64,000 bases of DNA from Minisyncoccota bacterium (GTDB lineage Bacteria; Patescibacteriota; Minisyncoccia; UBA6257; 2-01-FULL-56-20), in assembly GCA_036266715.1 (NCBI GenBank), contig DATAXS010000004.1, positions 889-64,888 of the forward strand. Direction: 5' to 3'. The notes beneath the pieces are model-generated. The model saw only the letters and a program-made list of their open reading frames with translations. It did not search any database and was not told the origin of the DNA. Below are positions 34,627 through 46,105 of the stretch, one piece after another. Each line of letters opens with the position of its first letter. The stretch's first letter is position 1. Both the position numbers and the translations under genes were made by a program.

Positions 34627-36432
34627 ATGAAATTACTCTACAGCTACCTCAAACAATATAAAAAGATTCTCTGGCTCACGCTCATCCTTGCGGCGATAAA
34701 CCAGCTTTTTTCGCTCGTGGACCCGCAGGTGTTCCGCATTGTGATAGACGATTACGTGTCCAAGATCGGGAGCATCTCAAGCGCCGACTTTCTGAAAGGC
34801 GTTGCGTTGCTGCTCGGCGCATCCATCACGGCCGCGCTTATTTCGCGCATCGCAAAGAACTTTCAGCAATATTACGAGAACGTGATCACCCAGCGCGTGG
34901 GCACGCAGCTTTATGCGGACAGCGTGGCGCACTCGTTTTCCTTGCCGTATGCAATCTTTGAAGACCAGCGCTCGGGCGAACTTCTCCAAAAGCTCCAAAA
35001 GGCGCGGCTGGACAGCCAGGTGCTCATTGTGAGCTTTGTGGACGTCGTTTTTGTGTCATTCGTGGGCATCCTCGCCGTCGTGCTCTACGCATTCTACGTG
35101 CAGTGGATCATCGGTGTTCTCTATTTACTCGTGATTCCGATCATGGGCACGGCGCTTTTCTTTTTGGGACGGAAAATAAAAGCGATACAAAAAAATATTG
35201 TGATAGAGTCGGCGAACCTTGCCGGTTCCACCACGGAAACCATCCGCAACGTGGAGCTCGTGAAGAGCTTGGGGCTTGAAGAGCAGGAAACCAAGCGCCT
35301 AAACGACGTGAACAACAAGGTATTGCAACTGGAACTTTCCAAGCTCACCGTGATCCGCAAACTGAGCTTTACGCAGGGCACCATCGTGAACGCCATCCGC
35401 TCGGCAATTCTCTTTGCCATGCTCTGGCTGATATTCCTTGGCGGGATCACGCTCGGTGAGTTCCTCACGCTCTGGTTCTACACGTTCTACATCTTCTCGC
35501 CGCTCGGCGACATTGGCACGGTGACCGGCCAGTACCAGGAGGCAAAAGGAAGCTTGGAAAAATTGGAAGAAATTCTCGAGATCCCCGTTGAGGAAAAACC
35601 GGCGAACGCGGTGACCATCGGCGCACTCCAGGAACTTGAATTCAAAAAAGTTGATTTTACGTATGGAAGCGGCAGTGCGCCGGCGCTCAAGAACATGTCG
35701 CTGAAGATTGAGAGCGGGGAGACGGTGGCGTTTGCGGGGTATTCCGGTTCGGGGAAGACCACACTCATCAAACTGCTCGTGGGGCTTTATAAGCCGACGA
35801 AAGGCACGATGCTCGTGAACGGCGTGGATGGCGGGAAAATTGATTACGACGCGTTGCGCCGGAAGATCGGCTACGTTTCGCAGGAGACACAGCTTTTTGC
35901 GGGAACATTACGCGAGAATTTACTGTTCGTGAATCCGAGTGCGACGGACGACGAATGCTGGGAAGCGCTCACGAGCGCATCCGTGACGGCCATTGCCGAG
36001 CGCGGCGGCCTTGGGTTGGACACGCGCATCGGCGAAGGCGGCATCAAGATATCCGGCGGCGAGCGCCAACGGCTTGCGATAGCCCGTGCGCTCATTCGCA
36101 ACCCGGACCTTATCATCTTTGACGAGGCCACGTCCAGCTTGGATTCCATTACGGAACGGTCCATCACGGATACGATAAAAGAGATCGCAAAGTCGCGGCC
36201 GAACCTCATCACCGTCATGGTGGCACACCGGCTTTCCACGATCGCGCACGCGGACCGCATCTACGTGCTCCAAAAAGGAAGTATTGTGGAGCAGGGTTCG
36301 CACGCGGCGCTCCTGCGGAACAAGGACGGACTCTACTCGGCGCTTTGGAAGGAGCAGAGCGGCAGCGAGCGGGGCGATGACGACGATGAAAAAACGACGG
36401 TCCAGCAAATTCTTGCCCATGGCACACGATAA
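34627..36432 (+). CDS. ABC exporter, fused permease/ATPase (MsbA/LmrA-like)
   Basis: Six-TM domain plus Walker [10 protein letters not shown], signature [15 protein letters not shown] and Walker [10 protein letters not shown]. The track start is 34525. Confidence 0.85.
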   Translation: MKLLYSYLKQYKKILWLTLILAAINQLFSLVDPQVFRIVIDDYVSKIGSISSADFLKGVALLLGASITAALISRIAKNFQQYYENVITQRVGTQLYADSVAHSFSLPYAIFEDQRSGELLQKLQKARLDSQVLIVSFVDVVFVSFVGILAVVLYAFYVQWIIGVLYLLVIPIMGTALFFLGRKIKAIQKNIVIESANLAGSTTETIRNVELVKSLGLEEQETKRLNDVNNKVLQLELSKLTVIRKLSFTQGTIVNAIRSAILFAMLWLIFLGGITLGEFLTLWFYTFYIFSPLGDIGTVTGQYQEAKGSLEKLEEILEIPVEEKPANAVTIGALQELEFKKVDFTYGSGSAPALKNMSLKIESGETVAFAGYSGSGKTTLIKLLVGLYKPTKGTMLVNGVDGGKIDYDALRRKIGYVSQETQLFAGTLRENLLFVNPSATDDECWEALTSASVTAIAERGGLGLDTRIGEGGIKISGGERQRLAIARALIRNPDLIIFDEATSSLDSITERSITDTIKEIAKSRPNLITVMVAHRLSTIAHADRIYVLQKGSIVEQGSHAALLRNKDGLYSALWKEQSGSERGDDDDEKTTVQQILAHGTR

Positions 36433-38956
36433 AATAATTATTAAAGGCGCGCGCGAGCACAATCTTAAGAATGTGAATCTTGAGATCCCGCGGGACAAGA
36501 TGGTGGTCTTTACGGGCCTCTCCGGTTCCGGGAAATCTTCGCTTGCGTTTGACACCATCTTCGCCGAAGGCCAGCGCCGCTACATAGAATCCTTGTCCGC
36601 CTACGCGCGGCAGTTTTTGGGCCGTTTGGACAAGCCGGATGTGGACGACATTGAAGGCCTTTCGCCCGCGATCTCCATTGACCAAAAGAGCCATTCGGCA
36701 AACCCGCGCTCAACGGTCGCGACGATAACAGAAATTTACGATTATCTGCGTGTTTTGTTCGCGCGCACGGGGAAGCCGTATTGTCCGCGCTGCGGCCGAG
36801 AAATAAAGAAGCTCACCAACGAGGAGATCGTGGACGTGGCCATTGATATTGCGAACGAGAACAACAGCCCCAAGGGCGGGCGCAAAAACATGGTCATCCT
36901 GGCGCCCGTGGTGCGTGGCCGGAAAGGGGAGTATTACCAGATGCTCTACGACTTTTTGAACGCCGGTTTTAGCGAGGTGCGCATTGACGGCAAATATCAT
37001 TCCTTGCGGGAGCGCGTGGAGCTCAGCCGCTACAAAACGCACGATGTTGACCTTGTGGTGGACCGCATCCCTTCGGGCATAAGCTTTAAGGAAAAAGATA
37101 ACCGCCTGCGCTTATCCGAGGCCATTGAGCACGGGTTGAAGTACGGCGAGGGCGTCGTCACCATCATCACGGACAAAGAGGTTTCGCTGTCCGCAAAGTT
37201 CACGTGCCCGCACGACGGATTTTCCTTCCCGGAAATTGAACCGCGGCTATTCTCTTTCAACAGCCCTTACGGCGCGTGTCCCGAGTGTCATGGCCTTGGT
37301 ACAAAAGATTTATGGTCAGAAGAGATTTGCCCGGTCTGCGGCGGCAAGCGCTTGCGCGAGGAAAGTTTGAACGTGTTGATAGACGGCAAAAATATCAATT
37401 CTACGACGGCGCTTTCCATTGAAGATGCGTTCAAGTTTTTTGGCGGGATGAAGTTCAAGAACGCGTCGCTGGACGAAGTTGCCGAAGCGCCGCTCCGCGA
37501 GATAAAAAACCGTTTGAAGTTCATGATGGACGTCGGCTTGGAATATTTGACGCTTGACCGCAAGGCGGGGACTCTGTCCGGTGGCGAGGCACAACGGATC
37601 CGTCTGGCATCGCAGATCGGTTCGCGGCTCGTGGGCACGCTCTATATTCTTGACGAGCCGACGATCGGTTTACACCAGCGCGACAACGACAAGCTCATCA
37701 AGACGCTCCAGGATCTGCGCGACCTCGGAAACACCATTATTGTGGTGGAGCACGACGAGGACACTATCCGCGCCTCCGACTACCTGGTGGACATCGGTCC
37801 CGCAGCAGGGGTGCACGGCGGCCGCGTGGTGGCGGAAGGCCCCATCCCGCAAATATTAAAAGATCCTAAAAAGGATTCTTTGACCCTGCAGTATCTGCGC
37901 GGAAAAAAATTTATTGATGTCCCGTTACAGCGGCGGAAAGTTGACTTTAAAAAGCAGGAATCTTTGAAGATCCGCGGCGCACGTGCCAACAACCTGAAGG
38001 ACATCGATGTGGATATTCCCTTGCACCGCTTTACGGCCGTGACCGGTGTTTCGGGCTCAGGCAAGTCCAGCTTGGTCTACGACGTGCTCTATAAGAACGT
38101 GGCGGACAAGTTGAACCACGCCACGTATAAGGCCGGCGGCGTAAATAGCCTGCTCGGCTTGGAATACATTAACCGCATCATCAATATTGACCAGGCGGCC
38201 ATTGGCCGCACGCCGCGGTCCAACCCGGCCACGTACGTGGGCGCCTGGACGCACATCCGCGACCTGTTTGCTTCCACGGAGGATGCGCGGGTGCGCGGGT
38301 ACAAGGCGGGACGCTTCAGCTTCAACGTGCCCGGCGGCCGCTGTGAGAACTGCGAAGGCCACGGCACAATCGCAATTGAGATGCACTTTTTGCCGACGGT
38401 CTACGTGACCTGCGACGTGTGCAAAGGCAAGCGCTTTGACCGTGAAACGCTTGAGGTGGAATACAAAGGGAAAAGCATCTACGACATTTTGAAGATGACG
38501 ATAGAAGAGGCGGTAAAGTTCTTTGAGGACATTCCGTGGCTCTACGAAAAATTGACCATTTTGGAAGAGGTCGGTTTGGGCTACTTGGAGCTCGGCCAAT
38601 CGGCGACCACGCTTTCCGGAGGCGAGGCGCAGCGCATCAAGCTGTCTGCCGAGCTCGGCAAGCGCGACACGCGGAAAACTTTGTACTTGCTCGACGAGCC
38701 GACGACGGGACTCCACTTTGCGGACGTGGACCAGCTCGTGAAGGTGCTGCACCGGCTCGTGGAGCGGGGGAATACCATCGTCGTCATTGAACACAACTTG
38801 GACGTCATCAAGACCGCCGACTGGGTGATAGACCTTGGTCCCGAAGGTGGCGCGCGCGGCGGCAAGATCGTCGCGCAAGGCACGCCGGAGGAAGTGGCGC
38901 GCAAAGCCGGGAGCGCAACCGGGCATTACTTGCGGAAAGTGCTGGGGGAGAAGTAG
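36419..38956 (+). CDS. uvrA: Excinuclease ABC subunit A
   Basis: Duplicated ABC ATPase domains, zinc fingers (CPRCG, CPECHG, CENCEG) and two LSGGEAQRI signatures. The track start is 36284 and I prefer MAHDKIII. Confidence 0.95.
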   Translation: MAHDKIIIKGAREHNLKNVNLEIPRDKMVVFTGLSGSGKSSLAFDTIFAEGQRRYIESLSAYARQFLGRLDKPDVDDIEGLSPAISIDQKSHSANPRSTVATITEIYDYLRVLFARTGKPYCPRCGREIKKLTNEEIVDVAIDIANENNSPKGGRKNMVILAPVVRGRKGEYYQMLYDFLNAGFSEVRIDGKYHSLRERVELSRYKTHDVDLVVDRIPSGISFKEKDNRLRLSEAIEHGLKYGEGVVTIITDKEVSLSAKFTCPHDGFSFPEIEPRLFSFNSPYGACPECHGLGTKDLWSEEICPVCGGKRLREESLNVLIDGKNINSTTALSIEDAFKFFGGMKFKNASLDEVAEAPLREIKNRLKFMMDVGLEYLTLDRKAGTLSGGEAQRIRLASQIGSRLVGTLYILDEPTIGLHQRDNDKLIKTLQDLRDLGNTIIVVEHDEDTIRASDYLVDIGPAAGVHGGRVVAEGPIPQILKDPKKDSLTLQYLRGKKFIDVPLQRRKVDFKKQESLKIRGARANNLKDIDVDIPLHRFTAVTGVSGSGKSSLVYDVLYKNVADKLNHATYKAGGVNSLLGLEYINRIINIDQAAIGRTPRSNPATYVGAWTHIRDLFASTEDARVRGYKAGRFSFNVPGGRCENCEGHGTIAIEMHFLPTVYVTCDVCKGKRFDRETLEVEYKGKSIYDILKMTIEEAVKFFEDIPWLYEKLTILEEVGLGYLELGQSATTLSGGEAQRIKLSAELGKRDTRKTLYLLDEPTTGLHFADVDQLVKVLHRLVERGNTIVVIEHNLDVIKTADWVIDLGPEGGARGGKIVAQGTPEEVARKAGSATGHYLRKVLGEK

Positions 38957-39019
38957 ATAAGGATTTTGGGTTGATTTTTCCGCCCACTCGTTCTATAAAG
39001 TGGACAAGGAGGTGTCCTT

Positions 39020-39471
39020 TGATAACTTATGTGGAATGGTCTGCGGTGGTGGTTCTCGTTCTCTGCACGATTGCGCTCATGCACTATGCGACCGCGAGAG
39101 AACTGCCGTCGGAAGTGATAAGTCAGGTACTGGAGGCATTCAGTCTTGAGTCCATGAGGCCGGCGCTCTTCGTTCGGTTTGGATCACCGGTGGAGCGGAG
39201 TGGCATGTGGAGCTCGTTTGCAAATTCATTTGTGACGGTCCACTACTCCTACTTGCCCACGCAGGATTGGTGCCGGCAGTACCACACCATCCTCGTCAAG
39301 AAAAATGATATGCTGCTTGAGCTAAGTTTTCTGGGCACTGAGATAAAGTATTGGCGGGAAAAGGGGAGATGTCTCAATCCGAACCGGCCTTCTTTGGAGG
39401 CGATGTACGCTCGCCGCCTACTTTACAGCATCCTGGAGCTTGAATTCACCATGGGGGTCATCCGAGAATGA
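39020..39471 (+). CDS. Hypothetical membrane-anchored protein
   Basis: AAGGAGG SD 5 nt before the TTG at 39020 gives an N-terminal TM helix. The track ATG at 38971 has no SD. Confidence 0.4.
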
Positions 39472-39536
39472 TTATATATCGGACGGCCCCTTTTTTTGCT
39501 ATAATTACTGGAAGAATACACTAATCGCGAAATCGT

Positions 39537-39818
39537 ATGCTCAAAATAATAGACAACAAGATCTGGCATGATGCAGAAAAGATCGGTTGGGTGGATGGCG
39601 CCCACATCCGTTCTGAGGAGAACGGCGAAAAGCTTGGCTACATTCAGGACCCATTCATTTTTAATGAGGCCGGCCACAAGGTTGCGTATATCAAAGAGAA
39701 CGAGCTGATGTTTGAGAACGGGCAGAGCCCCATTGCGCTTGAGCACGTGAATGCCGAGGTGACGGGAACCTATCCGCTTCTTATGAAGTGTGCGGTGTAT
39801 GTGCTGTTGGAGGAGTAG
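39537..39818 (+). CDS. Hypothetical protein with an internal short repeat (KIGWVDGAHI / KLGYIQDPFI / KVAYIKENEL)
   Basis: Open frame with moderate GC. No recognisable family. Confidence 0.4.
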   Translation: MLKIIDNKIWHDAEKIGWVDGAHIRSEENGEKLGYIQDPFIFNEAGHKVAYIKENELMFENGQSPIALEHVNAEVTGTYPLLMKCAVYVLLEE

Positions 39819-39923
39819 AGAGGGGCGATTGACGAAGGCGGCGCGCCTATTGTAAACTGCCAGCAGAAACAGGCTGGCGCACGCCCACTTCGCGCCTGTT
39901 CGTCAAATTTAGGGAGGATTGGG

Positions 39924-40235
39924 ATGTTGAAAAATGCCGAAGTTGGTAACTCGGGAAACGAATCAATATCGGTGGAAGGGAAGAGGATGTGGATTGCCGT
40001 GGTTGACCAAGCACTCCAGGATTTACAAAAAGCGTATGGCAGGAGAGCAACCGAAGCGGCGCAGTACTTCTTTACCGCCCCCGTTCCGGAAGAAGAGAGA
40101 GACCCCCATACCTTCGCCGGTGCTTGTGGTGTGATCGGTTTTAGGCACGATGCCGCTGCGCGGTCGATCTTCAAGAAGCTCCCTCCCCTGAGACAGAGAT
40201 ACATTCGTTCGGTTCTCCAGGAAAGTTGCCGCTGA
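39924..40235 (+). CDS. Hypothetical protein
   Basis: GGGAGG SD-like element 7 nt upstream. Confidence 0.4.
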   Translation: MLKNAEVGNSGNESISVEGKRMWIAVVDQALQDLQKAYGRRATEAAQYFFTAPVPEEERDPHTFAGACGVIGFRHDAAARSIFKKLPPLRQRYIRSVLQESCR

Positions 40236-40313
40236 TTCTGTCCATTATCCCGTTCGGGGCGTCGCAAGACGCCCCGGTTTCTTTTCTGGCGTATAATCTA
40301 AAAGATTAAAAAG

Positions 40314-41570
40314 ATGTTAACCGCACGCGATTATAAGAAATTGCCGGACGAGCCGGGCGTCTACTTGATGCATGACGCCGCGGGGCGCGTGCTTTACGTG
40401 GGCAAGGCCGGCAATCTGCGCCGGCGCGTTTCGAGCTACTTTGAGCGGCCGCACGATGTGCGGATAGAGACGCTCGTGCGGAAGATCGTGCATATTGATT
40501 TCCGGCAAACGGACACCGCCCTTGAGGCGCTCATTTTAGAGGCCGAGCTCATCAAAACGCTCACGCCTCCCTTCAACGTGCGCGAGAAGGACGACAAAAG
40601 TTTTCTTTATGTGGAAATTACAAAAGAGAAATTCCCGCGCGTGCTCCTTGTGCGCGGGAAGGACGGCGAAACGGGCAAGCGGTACGGGCCGTTCACTTCC
40701 GCATCAAGCATTCGCGAGGCGCTGCGCATTCTCCGTAAAATATTTCCATGGAGCACGCACGACCCGGAACGGCTCGGTAAGTTTACGCGGCCCTGCTTTG
40801 ATTACGAGATAGGCCTCTGCCCGGGCACGTGCGTGGGTGCCATCTCGCACGAGGAGTATATAAAGACCATAGAACGGCTCAAACTCTTTTTTGAAGGCAA
40901 AAAGAAAAAAGTGCTCAGGTCGCTTGAAGCCGAAATGAAGGCGGCGAGCAAGACGCTGGATTTTGAGAAGGCGCAAAAGCTCCGCGGGCAGATATTCGCG
41001 CTCACGCATATTCGCGACACGGCGCTCATTTCCGATTCGGAAGTGCTTTTGCACGGCGATGCGCCAAGCGAGAATGCAGGCGCGCGCGATTACCGCATTG
41101 AGGGCTACGACATTTCCAATATTTCCGGCACGGCCGCGGTGGGTTCCATGGTGGTTTTTGAAGGCAACGAGCCGAACAAGAACGAATACCGCAAGTTCAA
41201 GATACGGACCATTTTTACGCCGAATGATGTGGGTATGCTCACCGAAATGCTCACGCGGCGTTTTAGCCGCGCTGCCGCGGGCGGCAAGCGCAGTGAAATG
41301 ACGGAGCGCCACTCATGGCGCCTGCCGGACCTCATCCTTATAGACGGCGGTATTGCGCAGGCAAACGCGGCAAAAAAAGTGCTCATGCGTGCGGGACTGC
41401 GCATTCCGCTCGTGGGCATTGCAAAAGGCCCCGAGCGCAAACGGAACGACATCCTGGGCGCCGTTCCCAAATGGACCAACAAACAGACGCTTATTAAAGT
41501 GCGCAACGAGGCCCACCGCTTTGCGATTGGGTATCACAAAGCGGTGCGAGGGAGGAATTTTCTTTCCTAA
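40314..41570 (+). CDS. uvrC: Excinuclease ABC subunit C, short form lacking the C-terminal (HhH)2 domain
   Basis: GIY-YIG domain (GVYLMHD...LYVGKA), UvrBC-interacting region and RNase-H-like endonuclease domain. At 418 aa it is shorter than canonical UvrC, which is about 600 aa. Confidence 0.85.
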   Translation: MLTARDYKKLPDEPGVYLMHDAAGRVLYVGKAGNLRRRVSSYFERPHDVRIETLVRKIVHIDFRQTDTALEALILEAELIKTLTPPFNVREKDDKSFLYVEITKEKFPRVLLVRGKDGETGKRYGPFTSASSIREALRILRKIFPWSTHDPERLGKFTRPCFDYEIGLCPGTCVGAISHEEYIKTIERLKLFFEGKKKKVLRSLEAEMKAASKTLDFEKAQKLRGQIFALTHIRDTALISDSEVLLHGDAPSENAGARDYRIEGYDISNISGTAAVGSMVVFEGNEPNKNEYRKFKIRTIFTPNDVGMLTEMLTRRFSRAAAGGKRSEMTERHSWRLPDLILIDGGIAQANAAKKVLMRAGLRIPLVGIAKGPERKRNDILGAVPKWTNKQTLIKVRNEAHRFAIGYHKAVRGRNFLS

Positions 41571-41631
41571 CGGATTGTGCTACGGTAGAAGCAGAATCGG
41601 ATTCGCCATATTTCACTTCAGGAGGTAGGTG

Positions 41632-41889
41632 ATGGAACGCATGCTGATCCTTTTAATGGCCGCGCTTCAAGACGGATATATTGAGCAGGAGGAATCCATT
41701 GTTTCATGCACCATCTGCCCGAGCGACCTTTTTGATTGGATGGCGGACCTTACCTCTTTTCTCTCCGACGCGGAAGCGGATAATATCCTCGTTCGCTTAA
41801 GCCCATTGTACGCTTCGGACGAGCGCAGGCATCGAATAAGAATACTCCGCGAAGTGAGAGACGCCGCCGAAAGAAATTCTGAAAGATAA
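41632..41889 (+). CDS. Hypothetical protein
   Basis: GGAGGT SD 5 nt upstream of the ATG. Confidence 0.4.
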   Translation: MERMLILLMAALQDGYIEQEESIVSCTICPSDLFDWMADLTSFLSDAEADNILVRLSPLYASDERRHRIRILREVRDAAERNSER

Positions 41890-41940
41890 AATGCCGCGCT
41901 GGCCTTTACTGGTCGGCGCGGTTTCTTTTTGTCTAGGCGT

Positions 41941-42567
41941 TTATTGCACAGTAGAAGTGTCCGCGACGATCGTGAACGGCTGGCTCGTAATAGCCGGCAG
42001 GTTGTTGCCATCAAACGAAATGCGGATTATGTATCGGCCGGGGGTCACGGTCAGTTTTGACGGGCTCGTGCGGCTTTGCAAAAGATCCCGCGTGTTCCAC
42101 GTGTAAGAGGTCTGCGCCGGGCCGATCTCGTTCAAGATGACGCCCACGAGCTGGGAAGTGGTGGCGCTCAAGAGGTCTATCTGCCCCGTCACGCCGGCCG
42201 CCTTGCTCCACTGGACCGGATTCTGCATGGTTGCGATCCAGGTGTCGCCGGGAACAGGAGTTATGAGCGTGATAGTCGCCTTCGGCGCGCTTGGGGCTAC
42301 GGTGCCGTTCGCGCCGCCCGCGTGGCTGGCGCTGGAACTCTGCATGTCCATTCCCGGCATGGTGCCGCTTCCATTTTCCATCGCCATGGTCCCGCTTGCC
42401 GGCATACTGCCGTTGTCCGAGAGCGTGGCATTCGTGTTGCCGTTCGCGCCCGGGGCCGCCGGATTGTTCGTTCCGTTATTACCGCCATAGAACGCGATGA
42501 TAAGAATTGCGACCACGATGACCACTATCAAGATGGTCCATTTGCCCGTTGGGCTTAAGTTATTCAT
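41941..42567 (-). CDS. Membrane-anchored secreted hypothetical protein with a Met/Gly-rich segment (MPASGTMAMENGSGTMPGMDM)
   Basis: N-terminal TM anchor, N/G-rich linker and a C-terminal beta-rich domain. Confidence 0.55.
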   Translation of the reverse strand: MNNLSPTGKWTILIVVIVVAILIIAFYGGNNGTNNPAAPGANGNTNATLSDNGSMPASGTMAMENGSGTMPGMDMQSSSASHAGGANGTVAPSAPKATITLITPVPGDTWIATMQNPVQWSKAAGVTGQIDLLSATTSQLVGVILNEIGPAQTSYTWNTRDLLQSRTSPSKLTVTPGRYIIRISFDGNNLPAITSQPFTIVADTSTVQ

Positions 42568-42617
42568 ACTCTATTTATAGCGCAATTGGCCGCACAAGCA
42601 ATCCCGACGCTATACAC

Positions 42618-43223
42618 ATGCCATCCCCAAATTCTTTAACACCATTTTCATTAATTGCCCGCGAAATTGCCCCCGACTTGCGTCGGGGTGAGGTGGGCAT
42701 CCTGCCGACCGACACGCTCTACGGGATCGTGGGTTCCGCGTTGAACGCGCGCACGGTTCGGAAGATATATTCTCTCCGCCGTCGGAATCCCACAAAACCG
42801 ATGATCGTTTTGATTGCTGATCTGCGCGACCTCGCGCGTTTTGGCATAACGCCGGCGCGGGCGGCGCACGCGATAGTAAAGCGCGTGTGGCCCGGAAAGG
42901 TGAGCGTGGTCCTGCCAATCGGCAATTCGGCGGCAAAAAAATTCAAATATCTCCACCGGGGTACGAACACGCTCGCGTTCCGCCTGCCGCGGCCCGCATG
43001 GCTCCGCTCGCTTTTAAAGAAGACGGGACCGCTCGTGGCACCCTCGGCGAATTTTGAGGGAAAGCCGCCCGCGCGCACGGTCGCAGAGGCAAAAAAATAT
43101 TTCGGCGACAAAGTGAAATTTTATGTTGATTTTGGTCGGGTCGCCTCAAAACCATCGACGCTTATTGCGATCAACGGCGGCGAGGTAAAAGTTTTACGCA
43201 AAGGCGCAGTGAAAATCCACTAA
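42618..43223 (+). CDS. tsaC: L-threonylcarbamoyladenylate synthase (TsaC/YrdC family)
   Basis: YrdC fold motifs PTDTLYG...NPTKPMIVLIAD...SANFEG. The track start is 42549. Confidence 0.8.
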   Translation: MPSPNSLTPFSLIAREIAPDLRRGEVGILPTDTLYGIVGSALNARTVRKIYSLRRRNPTKPMIVLIADLRDLARFGITPARAAHAIVKRVWPGKVSVVLPIGNSAAKKFKYLHRGTNTLAFRLPRPAWLRSLLKKTGPLVAPSANFEGKPPARTVAEAKKYFGDKVKFYVDFGRVASKPSTLIAINGGEVKVLRKGAVKIH

Positions 43224-43275
43224 AATCCACTAAAAAGAAGACGCCTACGGCATACGGAATGGTATACTTTGAATA

Positions 43276-44967
43276 ATGTTGGCCGACGAGATAAAACAGT
43301 TCTTTCATGGCGATGTGGCGGCGGATGACGCGACGCTTGCAACGTACAGCCGCGACTATTCCATCTTTAAGGTGAAGCCGCAGATCGTGGTATTCCCGAA
43401 GGATGTCGACGACTTAAAGAATCTTGTGCAGTTCGTCTCGCGCAAAAAAGCCGCGGGGGATGACATTTCGCTCACTGGCCGTTCGGCGGGCACCGACATG
43501 ACCGGCGGCCCTTTGAGCCAGTCCATCATCGTTTCCTTCACCAAATATTTCAATCATATTAAAAGCATCGACGCTGCCGATACGCCGGGTGATGTTGCGG
43601 AGGCAAAAGTGGAGCCGGGCGTGTACTTCCGTGATTTTGAAAAAGAGCTCACCGCGCGCGGGCTTTTGTATCCGGCATACCCTGCTTCAAAAGATCTTTG
43701 CGCGTTGGGCGGCATGGTGAACAACAATTCCGGCGGGGAAAAGACGCTCGCGTACGGGAAGACGGAAAAATACGTGCGTGCGGTGAATCTTGTGATGAGC
43801 GACGGCGGCGAGCACACGCTCTGGCCGCTTTCGGGAGATGCGCTCGCGGCACAGCTCGCACAGCCGGGTTTTATGGGCGACGTGTACCGCAAACTCTACA
43901 AGCTTATTAAGGACAACTGGGACGTCATCAACCGGGCGCGACCAGATGTGTCAAAAAATTCCGCGGGCTACTACCTTTGGAACGTGTGGGACCCGCACAC
44001 CGGCGTGTTTGATATCACGAAGCTGATTGTGGGTTCGCAGGGGACGCTCGGCCTCCTCGCCGAGGCCAAGCTCGGTCTTGTGCCTTTAAAAAAGCATTCG
44101 CGCATGGCGGTTGTGTTTCTTAAGGACCTCAAGCCCGTGGGCGACCTCGTTACGGAAGTCTTGAAGTTCAAGCCGGAAAGCGTGGAGTCGTACGACGATA
44201 AGACAATAGAAGTGGCGGTCAAACTCTGGCGGCAGGTCATCGCATCCATGAAGGGGAACATATTTTCGCTCGGCCTGCAGTTTCTCCCGGAGGTATGGAT
44301 GGTCCTGCGTGGCGGCATGCCCAAAATGATCATGCTTGTGGAGCTCACGGGCGACGACCCAAAGGCGCTCGCGGAAAAACTCGCCGCGCTCGTGGCCGCG
44401 ATAAAGCGATTTACCAAGATGTATCCCTCGATCCAGGTGCGTGCCTTGAAGAACGAAAAAGAAGAGGAGAAATACTGGGCCATCCGCCGGGAAAGCTTTG
44501 CCCTCCTGCACAACAACACAACGGGCAAGGACACGGCGCCCTTCATAGACGACTTTATTGTGAAGCCGGAATACATGGCCGAGGTGTTGCCCAAAGTAAA
44601 TGCCATTTTGAGCAAATACAAGAACGATCTTATTTACACGATTGCAGGGCATCCCGGCAACGGCAATTTCCACATCATTCCGCTCATGGACCTGAACGAC
44701 CCGCGCGTCCGGGCGCTCATTCCCGTCATTGCCGACGAAGTGTACAAACTCATTTTGCAGTACCACGGTTCCATTACCGCCGAGCATAACGACGGCATCA
44801 TCCGCACGCCCTATCTCCCCGAAATGTACGGTCCGGAAATAATGAAGCTGTTTGCGGAGGTCAAAAAAATCTTTGATCCTTTAGACATTTTTAATCCCGG
44901 GAAAAAGGTGGGAGGGGATATGCAGTACAGCGTGGCGCACATTGCGGCGACGGTGGCAGCGAAATAG
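43276..44967 (+). CDS. FAD-linked oxidase (GlcD / D-lactate dehydrogenase-like)
   Basis: FAD-binding PCMH domain with a C-terminal FAD-oxidase domain. Confidence 0.75.
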   Translation: MLADEIKQFFHGDVAADDATLATYSRDYSIFKVKPQIVVFPKDVDDLKNLVQFVSRKKAAGDDISLTGRSAGTDMTGGPLSQSIIVSFTKYFNHIKSIDAADTPGDVAEAKVEPGVYFRDFEKELTARGLLYPAYPASKDLCALGGMVNNNSGGEKTLAYGKTEKYVRAVNLVMSDGGEHTLWPLSGDALAAQLAQPGFMGDVYRKLYKLIKDNWDVINRARPDVSKNSAGYYLWNVWDPHTGVFDITKLIVGSQGTLGLLAEAKLGLVPLKKHSRMAVVFLKDLKPVGDLVTEVLKFKPESVESYDDKTIEVAVKLWRQVIASMKGNIFSLGLQFLPEVWMVLRGGMPKMIMLVELTGDDPKALAEKLAALVAAIKRFTKMYPSIQVRALKNEKEEEKYWAIRRESFALLHNNTTGKDTAPFIDDFIVKPEYMAEVLPKVNAILSKYKNDLIYTIAGHPGNGNFHIIPLMDLNDPRVRALIPVIADEVYKLILQYHGSITAEHNDGIIRTPYLPEMYGPEIMKLFAEVKKIFDPLDIFNPGKKVGGDMQYSVAHIAATVAAK

Positions 44968-45027
44968 GTTTCCCCACTATCTAGCCGTCAGGCCATATTT
45001 TACAAGGATTTGCTATAATGCAACCCT

Positions 45028-45315
45028 ATGGCGGAAAAGGGATTACTCAAACATTTGAATATTAAGGTTTCCGGCCGCGTCCAGAGGGTCGGCTTCCGTT
45101 ATGGCGCAAAAAAGCATGCGCAGAAATTGGGGCTCGTGGGTTTTGCGCGGAATGAGGCGGATGAATCGGTCTATATTGAAGCGGAAGGGGACGAAGAAGC
45201 ATTAAAGAAATTCTCTGACTGGTGCCACCGCGGACCGTGGCTCGCCAAAGTGGAGCGCGTGGAAGAGGAATGGACGGACCGTTCCAAAAAATTTAATGGT
45301 TTTTTAATCGCGTAA
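45028..45315 (+). CDS. Acylphosphatase
   Basis: Signature VSGRVQRVGFR...GFARN. Confidence 0.85.
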   Translation: MAEKGLLKHLNIKVSGRVQRVGFRYGAKKHAQKLGLVGFARNEADESVYIEAEGDEEALKKFSDWCHRGPWLAKVERVEEEWTDRSKKFNGFLIA

Positions 45316-45334
45316 GGGGTATAATGGACGGGTT

Positions 45335-46081
45335 ATGCCTGCACGAAAATCCTCCGCCGCATCCGCAACCGGGACCGGAACTTCCCGCGCCGCGGGCCCC
45401 GTCACCAAACTCTCCCGCTCCAAACTGGAACTCTTTACCGACTGCCAGAAGTGTTTTTGGCTGGATGTAGTGAAGGGCGTGAAGCGGCCGCCAAGCATGC
45501 CTTTCACGCTCAATAACGCCGTGGACTATTTACTTAAAGAAGAGTTTGACGTGCACCGCGAAAAAGGGACGCGGCACCCCGTCATGGAGAAGTTCAAGAT
45601 AGATGCCGTGCCGTTCCAGCATGCAGACATGAATAAATGGCGGCATAACTTTACCGGCGTGCAATTTTTACACAAGGAAACGGGGATACTGATCACCGGC
45701 GCCGTGGACGATGTGTGGGTGAGTCCGGCAGGCGAGCTCAGCGTGGTTGACTACAAGGCGACGGGTGCAAAAGAGCACAAGATATACGATTCGTACGGCA
45801 GGCAGATGACCATTTACCAATGGTTGCTCCGGCAGAACGGCTTTAAAGTCTCGCCCACCGGCTACTTTGTGTTTGCCCGCGTGAACAAGGCGGATGGATT
45901 TGGACATGGGGATGCGGCGCTCGCGTTTGACCTCTTTGTGGAGCCATTCACGGCAAATGATGATTCTTGGGTGGAACACACGATCGTGAATGCGCGGAAG
46001 GCGATGGACAAGGAGACCGCGCCGGAGGCAAGCGTGAATTGCCCGTATTGTGCGTACCGCGCCGCCGCGGCGCATTATTAA
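45335..46081 (+). CDS. PD-(D/E)XK nuclease superfamily protein (Cas4/RecB-nuclease-like) with four Cys residues (CxxC N-terminal, CxxC C-terminal)
   Basis: Core motifs D..VDDVW and VVDYKAT (D/E-x-K), N-terminal CQKCFW and C-terminal CPYCAYR. Confidence 0.6.
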   Translation: MPARKSSAASATGTGTSRAAGPVTKLSRSKLELFTDCQKCFWLDVVKGVKRPPSMPFTLNNAVDYLLKEEFDVHREKGTRHPVMEKFKIDAVPFQHADMNKWRHNFTGVQFLHKETGILITGAVDDVWVSPAGELSVVDYKATGAKEHKIYDSYGRQMTIYQWLLRQNGFKVSPTGYFVFARVNKADGFGHGDAALAFDLFVEPFTANDDSWVEHTIVNARKAMDKETAPEASVNCPYCAYRAAAAHY

Positions 46082-46105
46082 AGTCGCGATAGCAATATTT
46101 TTTAA

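Noticed and set aside
38971-39019. Track start ATG at 38971 for the hypothetical gene after uvrA
   Set aside because: There is no SD. A TTG at 39020 preceded by AAGGAGG gives a protein that begins with a TM helix, so I preferred that start, with low confidence.
43195-43235. Tandem 11-bp duplication aatccactaaa x2 spanning the tsaC stop codon
   Set aside because: This is a trivial local duplication with no further structure or copies.
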